NCBI GenBank assembly: GCA_012514415.1
Contig: JAAZAH010000248.1
Coordinates: 1-42,347, forward strand
Length of the DNA: 42,347 nt
Source of the DNA: Sandaracinaceae bacterium
Lineage (GTDB): Bacteria; Myxococcota_A; Polyangia; Polyangiales; Houyiibacteriaceae
Direction: 5' to 3'
This document shows positions 8,653 to 17,342 of this stretch, piece by piece. Every line of letters begins with the position of its first letter. Positions within the stretch are counted from its first letter, which is position 1. The notes beneath the pieces were generated by a model that was given only the letters and a program-made list of their open reading frames with translations, made no database searches and was not told where the DNA came from. The translations under genes were made by a program, and so were the position numbers.

Positions 8653-8680
8653 AATATAGCCGTGTTCTCCACATCGTCAA
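8653..8680 (-). promoter_or_regulatory. sigma70-type promoter candidate for the tRNA operon
   Basis: The minus strand reads TTGACG (8675..8680), a 16-nt spacer, then TATATT (8653..8658). This lies about 50 nt upstream of the tRNA-Gln 5' end. Confidence 0.6.
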
Positions 8681-8947
8681 GCGAAGTTCGTTTTTTTGTC
8701 CTAGAACGGGGAAAATCCTAGCCGCCAAGACGCTCGGATGCGCGCGCTATCGGGATCGCACCTTTGGCTTGTGCATGAAGGAGTCTCTCGATTGAGTACG
8801 GCGCCGCCGCCAGCGACTTGAGGCATTTTGCGTTTCGGTGCGGAACCTGGACGAACAAAACCCATTCTTTACAAAAACACTCATCTTTCTTCTGACCAAA
8901 ATTTGCATAGTTCTTCGTAATTTAGAGAAACAACAAAGATTCCCGAC

Positions 8948-8974
8948 TTGACCACACGGGAAGTGTGCTACGAT
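8948..8974 (+). promoter_or_regulatory. promoter candidate for the sulfite reductase gene
   Basis: TTGACC (8948..8953), a 15-nt spacer, then TACGAT (8969..8974). It follows an about 90-bp AT-rich tract (8853..8940). The spacer is short, so this is weak. A GAGG lies about 6 nt before ATG 9008. Confidence 0.35.
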
Positions 8975-9007
8975 GCGGGCACCCAAAAAATCTCTACGAG
9001 GCCCCTG

Positions 9008-11278
9008 ATGAGTGAAACTTCTTGGAAAGCCCACCTCGGCGATCGAATCCCGCCCGATATGGGCGCCGATATCGACACCTTCGCCGGACAAATCGCCCTC
9101 AAGAAAGAAGGCAAGATCAGCGATGTGATGTTCGCTGAGACGCGCCTGCGTCGCGGCGTGTACGGCCAGCGCTACGACAATGGGCTCCGCGATGACGGGA
9201 CTGGGCAGCAACCGCTCGTCTTTCCGTGCGGGGATCTGAAAAAGGGGCCCGATACGGTCTGGGACGCGCCTGGAATGAGCCGCCTGAAGATCCCGTACGG
9301 CAAGCTCACGGCCGAGCAGATGGATCTCCTCGCCGATCTGGCCGAAGAGTATTCGGACTCGATCCTCCATGTGACGACGCGGCAGGACATCCAGCTCCAC
9401 TTCGTCCACATCGAGGATACGGTCGATATGCTCTATCGCCTCGCGACCGTCGGAATCACGACGCGCGAAGCGTGCGGCAACTCCGTTCGGAACGTCACCG
9501 CCTGCCCCTTCGCTGGCGTCTGCAACGATCAGTCCTTCGATGTGACGCCTTACGCGCACGCGTACACTTATTATTTCCTAGGCCATCCCGACGTTCAGGG
9601 CTTCGGGCGTAAGTTCAAGGTCGCCTTCAGCGGCTGCGAGGATCATCCCTGCGGGCTCGTTGGATTCCACGATCTCGGGGCCATCGCCGTGCTTCGCGAA
9701 GACAATGGCGAGCAAAAGCGCGGCTTCAAGATCGTCGTCGGCGGCGGACTCGGTGCCGTCCCCGTGCAGGCAAAGGTGCTCACCGAATTCTGCCCCGAAG
9801 AAGAACTCCTTCCGCTCGCTCAGGCGGTCTCACGCGTCTTCGCCCGCCTCGGCGAGAAGCGCTCTCGTGCCCGCGCGCGCATCAAATTCCTCGTCGACAA
9901 GATCGGCATCGATGAGTTCCGTCGCCTTGTCGAAGAGGAGCGCGCGACGCTTCGCCACGACGACAACTGGACGCGCTACGTCGAGGACATCCACGCCACC
10001 GCGGAGCGGCCCCTCCGACCGGGCAGCGCGATCCCGACCGAAAACCTCCCCGAGGGCTTTGAGGCTTGGAGCCGCACCAACGTGCGTCCCCAAGCGCAGG
10101 AGGGTTATTATATCGCGACAGTGAAGATGCCCCTCGGCGACTTCACCCCGACGCAAGCGCGCGCCCTCGCCGATCTCGCTCGAAAGTATACGGGCGATAC
10201 CATGCGCCTCACGGTGGAACAAAACCTCATCTATCGCTGGGTGAGCGGCGAAGATCTCCCCTCGCTCTATCAAGCCCTCGTCGAGATCGGCCTCGGTGAA
10301 GCGGGCGCCGAGGGCATCACCGACGTCACCTCCTGCCCTGGAACCGACACCTGCAAACTGGGAATCAGCTCAAGCCGCGGACTCATGGGCGAGGTGCGCA
10401 AGCGCCTTAGCGTCATTCAGGACGAGCTTCATCCCGACGTGCAGAAGCTCCGAATCAAAGCGAGCGGCTGCTTCAATAGCTGCGGACAGCACCATGTGGC
10501 GGATCTCGGCTTCCTCGGCATCAGCCGGCAGGTCGGTGGACGCCGCGTCCCGCACTTCAATATGGTCCTCGGCGGGCAGTGGACCGAGAACGCCAAGAGC
10601 TACGGCCTTGTCGTCGGCGCCGTGCCCTCGAAGCGCGTGCCCGAGTCGATTCAGGCCGTCACGGACTATTATCTCGAGCATCGGGCGAGCGACGACGAGA
10701 GCTTCCAGGCGTTCATCGAGCGCGTCGGAAAGCGTGAGTTCCGCAACGTGCTGAAGCCCTTCCAGACGATCCCGAGCTACGAAGAGGATCCGAGCTATTA
10801 CAGCGATTGGGGCGACCCGCGCGAGTACAGCATCGGCGATATCGGCGTCGGTGAGTGCGCGGGTGAGATCGTGCCCATCGCCGAGTTTGGGCTCCAAGCG
10901 GCAGAGCAACTCCTCTTCGAAGCGCAGGATCTCCTTGATGAGAAGCGTCCGAGCGAGGCGGCAGAGCGAGGCTTCCGCGCGATGCTGACGGCAGCGCAGG
11001 CCCTCATCCGTCACCTCGATCATCAAGTGGGTGAGGAGCCCGACGATATCGTCGCGCAATTCCGCATCCATCTCGATGAGACCGAGATCTTCCACGATCC
11101 GTATGCGAAGGGGAAGTTTGCCAACTATCTCTTCGCCGCCCATGCGGATTCGGCCAGCTTCGCGACGGCCGATCACGAGCGCGCCCATCGCCTCCTTGAC
11201 GAGGTCGGGCATTTCATCGAAGCGAGCCATGCCTGCTATCAGCGGATCACGGCTCAGAGCGTCGCCGCCGCGGAATGA
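9008..11278 (+). CDS. ferredoxin-type siroheme sulfite (or nitrite) reductase hemoprotein with an extra C-terminal helical domain
   Basis: Two NIR/SIR repeats are visible. The siroheme/4Fe-4S cysteine cluster is TSCPGTDTCKLG (C-x5-C) plus SGCFNSCGQHH (C-x3-C), and TTRQDIQLHFV is also present. ATG 9008 is preferred over TTG 8948, which coincides with the -35 candidate. About 170 aa beyond the normal C-terminus are all-helical. Confidence 0.87.
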   Translation: MSETSWKAHLGDRIPPDMGADIDTFAGQIALKKEGKISDVMFAETRLRRGVYGQRYDNGLRDDGTGQQPLVFPCGDLKKGPDTVWDAPGMSRLKIPYGKLTAEQMDLLADLAEEYSDSILHVTTRQDIQLHFVHIEDTVDMLYRLATVGITTREACGNSVRNVTACPFAGVCNDQSFDVTPYAHAYTYYFLGHPDVQGFGRKFKVAFSGCEDHPCGLVGFHDLGAIAVLREDNGEQKRGFKIVVGGGLGAVPVQAKVLTEFCPEEELLPLAQAVSRVFARLGEKRSRARARIKFLVDKIGIDEFRRLVEEERATLRHDDNWTRYVEDIHATAERPLRPGSAIPTENLPEGFEAWSRTNVRPQAQEGYYIATVKMPLGDFTPTQARALADLARKYTGDTMRLTVEQNLIYRWVSGEDLPSLYQALVEIGLGEAGAEGITDVTSCPGTDTCKLGISSSRGLMGEVRKRLSVIQDELHPDVQKLRIKASGCFNSCGQHHVADLGFLGISRQVGGRRVPHFNMVLGGQWTENAKSYGLVVGAVPSKRVPESIQAVTDYYLEHRASDDESFQAFIERVGKREFRNVLKPFQTIPSYEEDPSYYSDWGDPREYSIGDIGVGECAGEIVPIAEFGLQAAEQLLFEAQDLLDEKRPSEAAERGFRAMLTAAQALIRHLDHQVGEEPDDIVAQFRIHLDETEIFHDPYAKGKFANYLFAAHADSASFATADHERAHRLLDEVGHFIEASHACYQRITAQSVAAAE

Positions 11279-11286
11279 GGGAGAAC

Positions 11287-11859
11287 ATGACTCAAGCCAA
11301 CCAAGCACAAAAATTCCAGATCAAGCTCTTCCTCGAGAATCCAGAGGGACTCGATCTCGCGGCCGTCATCCCGGTCTTCCACGATCTCATCCGTGAAAAG
11401 CAGCTGCCCGAACTTCTGATCGACGTCGCCGATTATGCGCACGTCCATCAGGGGCCCGGCGTTGTCCTCATCGGACACGGTTACGATCTCTACCTCGACC
11501 TCCGCGAGGGGCGGCCGGGATTGCTTTTCAACCGGAAGCGCGATGCGGAGGGTGGTGTCGAGGCGGTTCTCAACCAGGGTCTCGATATCCTACTTCGGGC
11601 TGCGGCACGCCTCGAAGAGCGTCTCCCGATCCGCGTCGGTACGGAGCGCGTTCAGATCCGCGCCATCGACCGCCTCCGCACGCCGAATTGCGATGAAACG
11701 CATGCCTTCCTGCAGCCGATCGTCTCGAAGGTCGCCTCGCGCCTTGGCGCGGTAAAGGAGAGCGTCCGAGGACCTGCGGGGCGAGAGGCGTATACGCTTG
11801 AGCTCAGCGTCGATGGCGGAAAGCGCCCCTCCGAGCTGATCGCCGAGGTCGCTGCGTAA
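11287..11859 (+). CDS. hypothetical protein coupled to the sulfite reductase gene
   Basis: An in-frame ATG at 11275 overlaps the reductase stop (ATGA). ATG 11287 is preceded by GAGGGAG. Codon bias is good. I recognise no family motif (KFQIKLFLENPEGLDLAAVIPVFHDLI...). Confidence 0.6.
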   Translation: MTQANQAQKFQIKLFLENPEGLDLAAVIPVFHDLIREKQLPELLIDVADYAHVHQGPGVVLIGHGYDLYLDLREGRPGLLFNRKRDAEGGVEAVLNQGLDILLRAAARLEERLPIRVGTERVQIRAIDRLRTPNCDETHAFLQPIVSKVASRLGAVKESVRGPAGREAYTLELSVDGGKRPSELIAEVAA

Positions 11860-11893
11860 AAGCGCGGAGATTTTAGAAAGCAGCGCCCAACCC

Positions 11894-11928
11894 AAAAGCC
11901 GGGCCCTCTTCGATGAGGCGTCCGGCTT
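11894..11928 (-). terminator. candidate terminator between convergent genes (copA side has a U-tract)
   Basis: The stem AAGCCGG (11896..11902) / CCGGCTT (11922..11928) may have inner CCTC/GAGG pairing. On the minus strand it is followed by TTTTGGGTTGGG. The loop is large, so confidence is moderate. Confidence 0.45.
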
Positions 11929-11950
11929 CTTCATTTGGAGCGTGCGTCAG

Positions 11951-14749
11951 CTACTCGGTGTCTTCGTCCATGAGCTCGGCAGGAGCGCCCCTCCCCGTGC
12001 CGAGTCCATCCCCCTGATGCGCAGCGGGCATCCAAATCATCGAGAGGACCCCGATGACAAGAGCGAACGCCGCGATGCCAACGAGATAGCCTACCTCGCG
12101 GATCCTTGCTCCGATGGGAGGATGAAGGATCTCTTCTGCGCTTTCGGGCGGTTCGAATCCGCGGAGCCTGAGCGCGTTCGTCACCACGCTCACGCTGCTC
12201 ATCGCCATGGCGGCTGCCGCGAGAGCGGGACTGAGGAGCAGGCCAACGACAGGATAGAGCGCGCCCATGGCGACTGGGATGAGGAGCGCGTTGTAGCCAA
12301 ATGCCCATCCAAGCCCTTGTTTGATGGTGCGCACCGTGCGTCTCGACAAGGCAATGGCCGTGACGATCGTTCGGAGATCGCCGCCGATGAGCGTGATGTC
12401 TGAGGCAGCGATCGCGACATCCGTTCCCGTGCCGATGGCGATGCCAAGATCGGCTTCAGCGAGCGCAGGGGCGTCGTTGATTCCATCGCCCACCATCGCG
12501 ACGATCTTCCCCTCCGCTTGAAGTGAGCGGATCGTCTCGGCCTTTTCGCTCGGCAGCACCTCGGAGAGGACCTCTTCGATGCCTACCTCGCGCGCGACGG
12601 CTTCGGCCGTGACGCGATTGTCTCCCGTGAGCATCCAGACCTCGAGTCCAAGCGCGGCAAGCTGCGCGATGGCATCCTTCGCCTCGGGCTTGACGGTATC
12701 GGCAAGCGCGATGAGCCCAATCGCCTCTCTGCCTCGCGCGACATAAGTCGGCGATGCCCCTTCGCGAGCGAGGGCTTCGGCCTTCGATTTGAGCGGACCG
12801 AGCGAGATGCCCGATGCCTCCATCCATGCGGCGTTCCCGAGTAAAACCTCGGCTCCTTCGACGTCTGCCCGGACGCCGCGTCCGGCCACTGACTCGAACG
12901 CTTGCGCCGAGGGGAGCTCGATCTCGCGCTCTCGAGCGTATGCCACGATGGCTTCGGCGAGTGGATGCTCGGAGCCGATCTCAACGGCCGCGGCGAGGCG
13001 AATGAGTTCAGCTTCGTCCTCGCCTTCGGCCGCGATCACGCGCGTGACGCGATGGCGACCTTCCGTAAGGGTCCCCGTCTTATCGAGCACGATGGCGTCG
13101 ATGCGGCGCGTCTCTTCGAGCGCCTCGCCATCGCGGATGAGAACCCCATATTGAGCAGCTTTTCCTGTCCCGACCATAATCGCCATGGGCGTCGCGAGTC
13201 CGAGCGCGCAGGGACAGGCGATGATGAGCACGGCGATCGTCGCGCTCAGCGCGCTCGAGACGCCGAAGCCGAGTGCGAGCCATCCGATGAGCGTGAGCAC
13301 CGCGAGGATGAGGACCGCGGGCACAAAATAGCTCGAGATTGTATCGACGAGGCGCTGCATCGGCGCCTTTGATCCTTGCGCGTCCTCCACGAGCCGGACG
13401 ATCTGAGCGAGCGTCGTATCCTCGCCGATCTTTGTCACGCGAAAGACAAAGCTTCCGCTCCGATTGAGCGTCGCGCCGATGACGCTCGCCCCGGGGCCCT
13501 TCTCCATCGGGACGCTCTCGCCTGTGAGCATGCTCTCATCCACGGTCGAGTGGCCTTCGATCACGACTCCATCGACGGGGATTTTTTCACCCGGGCGCAC
13601 ACGAATGAGATCGCCCACGCGCACCTCTTCGAGCGGGATGTCTTCCTCAGTTGCACCGCGAATGACCCGCGCCGTCTTCGCTTGAAGGCCGATGAGCGCC
13701 TTAATGGCCGCACCCGTTTGCCGCTTTGCGCGTGCCTCGAGATAGCGTCCGAGGAGCACAAGGCCGATGATGAAAACCGCCGACTCAAAATATAGATGAA
13801 AGGGAAGGCCCCAGCGCTCGGCGAGTGAAGGCCAAAGCGTGACGAAGGCGCTATATCCGTAAGCGACGCTTGTTCCCACGGCGACGAGCGTATTCATATT
13901 CGTCGCCCCGTGACGCGCCGCCGCCCACGCGCCACGATAAAAGCCCGCCCCCGCCCAAAACTGCACGGCCGTCGCGGCGATGAGGTGGATCGGCGCAAGG
14001 AGAAGCGTCGCTTCACGCGAGAGCGGCAGATACATGAGCGCCATCATCAGGACGCCGATGGCGATGCTCACAAAAGCCTTTCGCCGAAGTTCGCGCATCT
14101 CTTTTTCGCGAGCGAGTTCACGCGCGTCTTCTTGGTTCTCGTCTCGACTCGGCCCCACCGGCCGTTCGTGCGCGGCCACTTTCGTCCTCGTCGAGCGGAT
14201 GGGAGAAGCGAGCGCGTAGCCGGCGCGTTCGATGGCATCTTCGATGAGGGCCTCGGGCGACTCCTCGCCGAACGCGCTCCGATCCATGACGACTCGCGCC
14301 CCCTCGGTGGCGAGATTGACGCTCACTTCCTTCACGCCCGGAAGTTTGCTGAGCGCGCCCTCGACGCGTGAGACGCACGAGGCGCAGGTCATCCCCTCGA
14401 TGGCCAGCGTGAGGACATCATCCGAAGCGCCGCCCTCTGCGCCCGAGTGAATCCGCGCATAACTCGCGCGGCGAGTCGGCCATTCGGGAAACGCCTCGAT
14501 GCCGCAACCTGCCCCTTCGATCGCTTCTTTGATGCGCTCGGGCGTTAGCTTTTCGGGATCGAGTTTGATCCTCGCCGCTTCGGTCGCGAGATTCACATCG
14601 ACCCGCTCCACGCCTTCAAGCTCTCCAAGCGCCTTCTCGACGCGGCTCACGCACGAGGCGCAGCTCATGCCCGAGATGGGGAGCGTCAGCTCGATGGCGC
14701 GCGCCGAAGCGTCGCCTTCTCTCTCGGGTGTCGGTCTATGTTTCGCCAT
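11951..14749 (-). CDS. copA: copper-translocating P1B-type ATPase
   Basis: Two N-terminal HMA domains are present ([15 protein letters not shown] and [15 protein letters not shown]). Core motifs are [23 protein letters not shown] and GDGINDAP. Start shown is ATG 14749 (MAKHRP); the track's TTG 14773 is possible. Confidence 0.93.
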   Translation of the reverse strand: MAKHRPTPEREGDASARAIELTLPISGMSCASCVSRVEKALGELEGVERVDVNLATEAARIKLDPEKLTPERIKEAIEGAGCGIEAFPEWPTRRASYARIHSGAEGGASDDVLTLAIEGMTCASCVSRVEGALSKLPGVKEVSVNLATEGARVVMDRSAFGEESPEALIEDAIERAGYALASPIRSTRTKVAAHERPVGPSRDENQEDARELAREKEMRELRRKAFVSIAIGVLMMALMYLPLSREATLLLAPIHLIAATAVQFWAGAGFYRGAWAAARHGATNMNTLVAVGTSVAYGYSAFVTLWPSLAERWGLPFHLYFESAVFIIGLVLLGRYLEARAKRQTGAAIKALIGLQAKTARVIRGATEEDIPLEEVRVGDLIRVRPGEKIPVDGVVIEGHSTVDESMLTGESVPMEKGPGASVIGATLNRSGSFVFRVTKIGEDTTLAQIVRLVEDAQGSKAPMQRLVDTISSYFVPAVLILAVLTLIGWLALGFGVSSALSATIAVLIIACPCALGLATPMAIMVGTGKAAQYGVLIRDGEALEETRRIDAIVLDKTGTLTEGRHRVTRVIAAEGEDEAELIRLAAAVEIGSEHPLAEAIVAYAREREIELPSAQAFESVAGRGVRADVEGAEVLLGNAAWMEASGISLGPLKSKAEALAREGASPTYVARGREAIGLIALADTVKPEAKDAIAQLAALGLEVWMLTGDNRVTAEAVAREVGIEEVLSEVLPSEKAETIRSLQAEGKIVAMVGDGINDAPALAEADLGIAIGTGTDVAIAASDITLIGGDLRTIVTAIALSRRTVRTIKQGLGWAFGYNALLIPVAMGALYPVVGLLLSPALAAAAMAMSSVSVVTNALRLRGFEPPESAEEILHPPIGARIREVGYLVGIAAFALVIGVLSMIWMPAAHQGDGLGTGRGAPAELMDEDTE

Positions 14750-14980
14750 TTGAGTGCCTATTCCATGATTCAATACGGATCCGATTCGAGCAAAGAGGGC
14801 GCGCTTTCGACTTTCCTAGGGCGGCATCGCAATCTCAGTCGAGCGCTTCGTTTGCCTCGCTCCGCGAGGCGGGCATCGTCGCGCGCGCCTCTGTTCACCA
14901 TAACCATTCATCCCGGTTCGCGCTTGCCGCCTTGGATATCCGCAAGAGCCGCACTAATTGACGGGAAGGAGCGAATGTAC

Positions 14981-15211
14981 ATGAGCGAAGAGCATAAGAG
15001 CCAAGGTGCAACAAAGACCGTCATCCACGTCGATGGGATGAGCTGCGGCGCCTGCGCGCGAAGCGTGGATCGCGCCCTTCAATCCGTCGAAGGCGTGCAC
15101 TCGGTCGAGGTCGATCTCGAAACACACGCCGTCGAGATCGCTCATGAAGGAGTCCCGCTCGATGCGATGCGTGAGGCGATCCGTGGCGCGGGTTACAGAC
15201 CACGCGACTAG
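14981..15211 (+). CDS. copZ: heavy-metal-associated (HMA) copper chaperone
   Basis: The sequence is MSEEHKSQGATKTVIHVDGMSCGACARSVDRAL..., carrying the MxCxxC motif and ferredoxin-like fold length. AAGGAG (14966..14971) lies 9 nt upstream of ATG 14981. ATG 14975 is an alternative. The track ORF start at 14738 is an over-extension. Confidence 0.85.
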   Translation: MSEEHKSQGATKTVIHVDGMSCGACARSVDRALQSVEGVHSVEVDLETHAVEIAHEGVPLDAMREAIRGAGYRPRD

Positions 15212-15364
15212 GAAGTTTCCTTGGATCGTGAGCGCGGTTCGACCCGATCGAGCCATCGGACTTCGAGCTTCACAACGCGGATAAACGCTCGGGATCGAAT
15301 CCAATGCAAAGAAAAGGCGCAGAAGCCTAAACTCCTACGCCCGTCGAGCGTCGCGCTTCCACGC

Positions 15365-16978
15365 TCAGCGAGCGTACACGCCCATCGCGTGCTCGAGCGC
15401 GACCTTCGCTTGGCGGATTCCAATGGTCGCCGCGACGAACTCGAGGCGAGCCCGCGTGAGATCGGCTTCGGCGTCGATGAGGTCGCGCGTCACGGCCGCT
15501 CCCGCTTCGAGCTGCATCGCGCGAATGCGGTAGCTCTCCTCAGCGGCTTCGACGCCGATCGTCGCCGCTTCGAGTCCGCGCCGAGCCGCCTCGTACGAAT
15601 GGTAGGCTTGGGCGATCTCGGCCCTCAGCGCGTCAGTCAGCGCGACCTCGTCGGCTTCAATGCGCTGAAGCTCGGCGAGGGCAACACGCATCCGTCTCGA
15701 CGCGACCACCGTCTCATCGGGCGACCATCGAAGCACCGCGCTCACATCCCAGCTCTCCCGAAATTCTTGTGTTTGCGGGATGATGCGCTGGTTCGGATTG
15801 GAGATCTCGGCGTTTGCGACCGCGAAGATTTGCGGATAGCGCCCGCCGGCTTCCGCTCTCGCGGCCTCACGCTGGGCCTGGGTCGCCACCCGTAGCGCGA
15901 GGAGCTCGGGTCGCTCGCGTAGGGCGGTCTCATAAGCCTCCTCCTCGCTGAGCGTGACCTCGCCGACCGGATCGAGAAGCGAAGGAGCAAGGGCGACCAC
16001 TTCATCACGCGACAGACCGAGGAGCGCCTTGAGGTACTCTTCGCTTGCCCTGACGCCGGCCTCGGCCTGCGCCTCGAGGACGCTCGTCGAGGCCACCTGC
16101 GCGTCCATCCGCATCAGATCGACCCGCGGCAGCATCCCGGTTGCGACGAGTGCCGCGACCTGTTCACGCGCGGCCTCCATCTGACGGCGCGATTGTTGGG
16201 CGACGATCCGCGACGAGAGCGCGCGGGCGTATTCATAGTAAGCGATGCGCGTATCCCGCTCGACTCCCGCGAGCACCGAGCTTCTTTCGTATTCACTCGC
16301 CTCCTTCGCAAGTTTGCTCGCGCGATAGCCAGGGATCACACGCGTAAAGACATCGGTGACAGGATAGGTATAGCTCGCCGTGAACGCGTGCTGATTGCGG
16401 AGGATCGGAAAGGTGAGGCTCGACATCGAGCTGAGCATGTCGACGTATGTGCCGAAGAGGAGCCTTGCCGAAGGATCCTGCACGGCATCGACGACAGGAC
16501 GAAGCTGCTCGGGATCGGCGCTCGGTGAAGGGTCGTCGCTCATCTCGAAGAGGTTTGGCATCTCGATGCGGCTAATGCGCGTGTAGCGGTAGCCGAGTTC
16601 GGCTCGCCCCCAAAAACTTGCGCGAAGCTCCTTTGCGCGCGCTTCGGCGATCTCAACACCGGCTTCGGCCTTGCGCGCTGCGGGCGCACGGTTTCGGGCA
16701 AGCTCGACCGCCTGCTCGACCGTGAGACCGCCGGGGATGAGGAGCTCTTCAAACGCGTCCATGAGCGATTCTTCACTCGTCGCTTCGAGCTCGGATTGCG
16801 CTTCGGTCCGCGGTGTCGCTCTCCGCTCCGCGTTTTCGTTGGACACGTCGCCCGGAGGCGAGATTTCGGTTTCACTCGAGTCGGGCGCGGCGGGATCCTC
16901 CTCCGCGCGCGCCGTCAGTGGGCGATGCATCATGAAGATGAAGCTCGTGAGGAGCGTGATGACTATCGAGACTCTCAT
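15365..16978 (-). CDS. TolC-family outer membrane efflux protein (orphan)
   Basis: The signal peptide is MRVSIVITLLTSFIFMMHRPLTARA, followed by an acidic low-complexity stretch. Two OEP-type repeats follow, with long helical Ala/Glu/Arg-rich segments (LTVEQAVELARNRAPAARKAEAGVEIAEA...). Confidence 0.82.
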   Translation of the reverse strand: MRVSIVITLLTSFIFMMHRPLTARAEEDPAAPDSSETEISPPGDVSNENAERRATPRTEAQSELEATSEESLMDAFEELLIPGGLTVEQAVELARNRAPAARKAEAGVEIAEARAKELRASFWGRAELGYRYTRISRIEMPNLFEMSDDPSPSADPEQLRPVVDAVQDPSARLLFGTYVDMLSSMSSLTFPILRNQHAFTASYTYPVTDVFTRVIPGYRASKLAKEASEYERSSVLAGVERDTRIAYYEYARALSSRIVAQQSRRQMEAAREQVAALVATGMLPRVDLMRMDAQVASTSVLEAQAEAGVRASEEYLKALLGLSRDEVVALAPSLLDPVGEVTLSEEEAYETALRERPELLALRVATQAQREAARAEAGGRYPQIFAVANAEISNPNQRIIPQTQEFRESWDVSAVLRWSPDETVVASRRMRVALAELQRIEADEVALTDALRAEIAQAYHSYEAARRGLEAATIGVEAAEESYRIRAMQLEAGAAVTRDLIDAEADLTRARLEFVAATIGIRQAKVALEHAMGVYAR

Positions 16979-17010
16979 GCTTAACTTCCGGGGGGGATTG
17001 ACTTGTGCAG

Positions 17011-17026
17011 CTTACCGATCGGTAAA
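17011..17026. promoter_or_regulatory. perfect 16-bp palindrome, candidate operator
   Basis: CTTACCGATCGGTAAG is self-complementary over all 16 positions. It lies 33 bp upstream of the TolC-family start (16978, minus strand) in the divergent gap to asd. Confidence 0.4.
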
Positions 17027-17342
17027 GATCTGGCTCCGTATTGTCAGATGGCTCGTCTGTCGACAAGACGAAGCGCGAATTTCATCCGCGCGTTCGCCGT
17101 TCGGCCGTCTCGCAAGCGGCACTCGTCCTTTGGGGACACACGCATCGCCTTGGCAGGACGCATACCTTGCCGAGTGCGCCTCATCAATCCGATCGCGTGG
17201 GATCGGATGGGCGTCCTCTGCGAACGTGCTTCCCCTCTCCGAAACGAACGCCATCGCGACCGAGAGCGCGCGTGCGCAAATCACACGCCGCCTAGAGGCA
17301 TTGATTGACCATGAAAGATGCGCGTTTTATATGAAGCACGTC

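Noticed and set aside
8893-8907. A sigma54-like promoter, TGACCAAAATTTGCA.
   Set aside because: The critical -24 GG is GA, and the spacing to TTGCA is one nt short of TGGCAC-N5-TTGC.
8747-9559. A 270-aa minus-strand ORF spanning the reductase promoter and 5' end.
   Set aside because: It is antisense to a motif-supported gene and crosses an AT-rich promoter region. It has no motifs.
14774-14974. CueR, CsoR or CopY operators in the copA-copZ divergent gap.
   Set aside because: I found no CCTTCC-N-GGAAGG-type MerR-family dyad with a long-spacer promoter, no CsoR-like GC-tract pseudo-palindrome, and no TACA-N2-TGTA cop box. Only a short hairpin and GGATATCC are present. This is reported as an open question, not a site.
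16671-17330. The 5' extension of the asd ORF, plus small ORFs in 17003..17308.
   Set aside because: The extension is antisense to the TolC-family gene, or lies in the intergenic region. It is low-complexity, and Asd homology starts at 17343.
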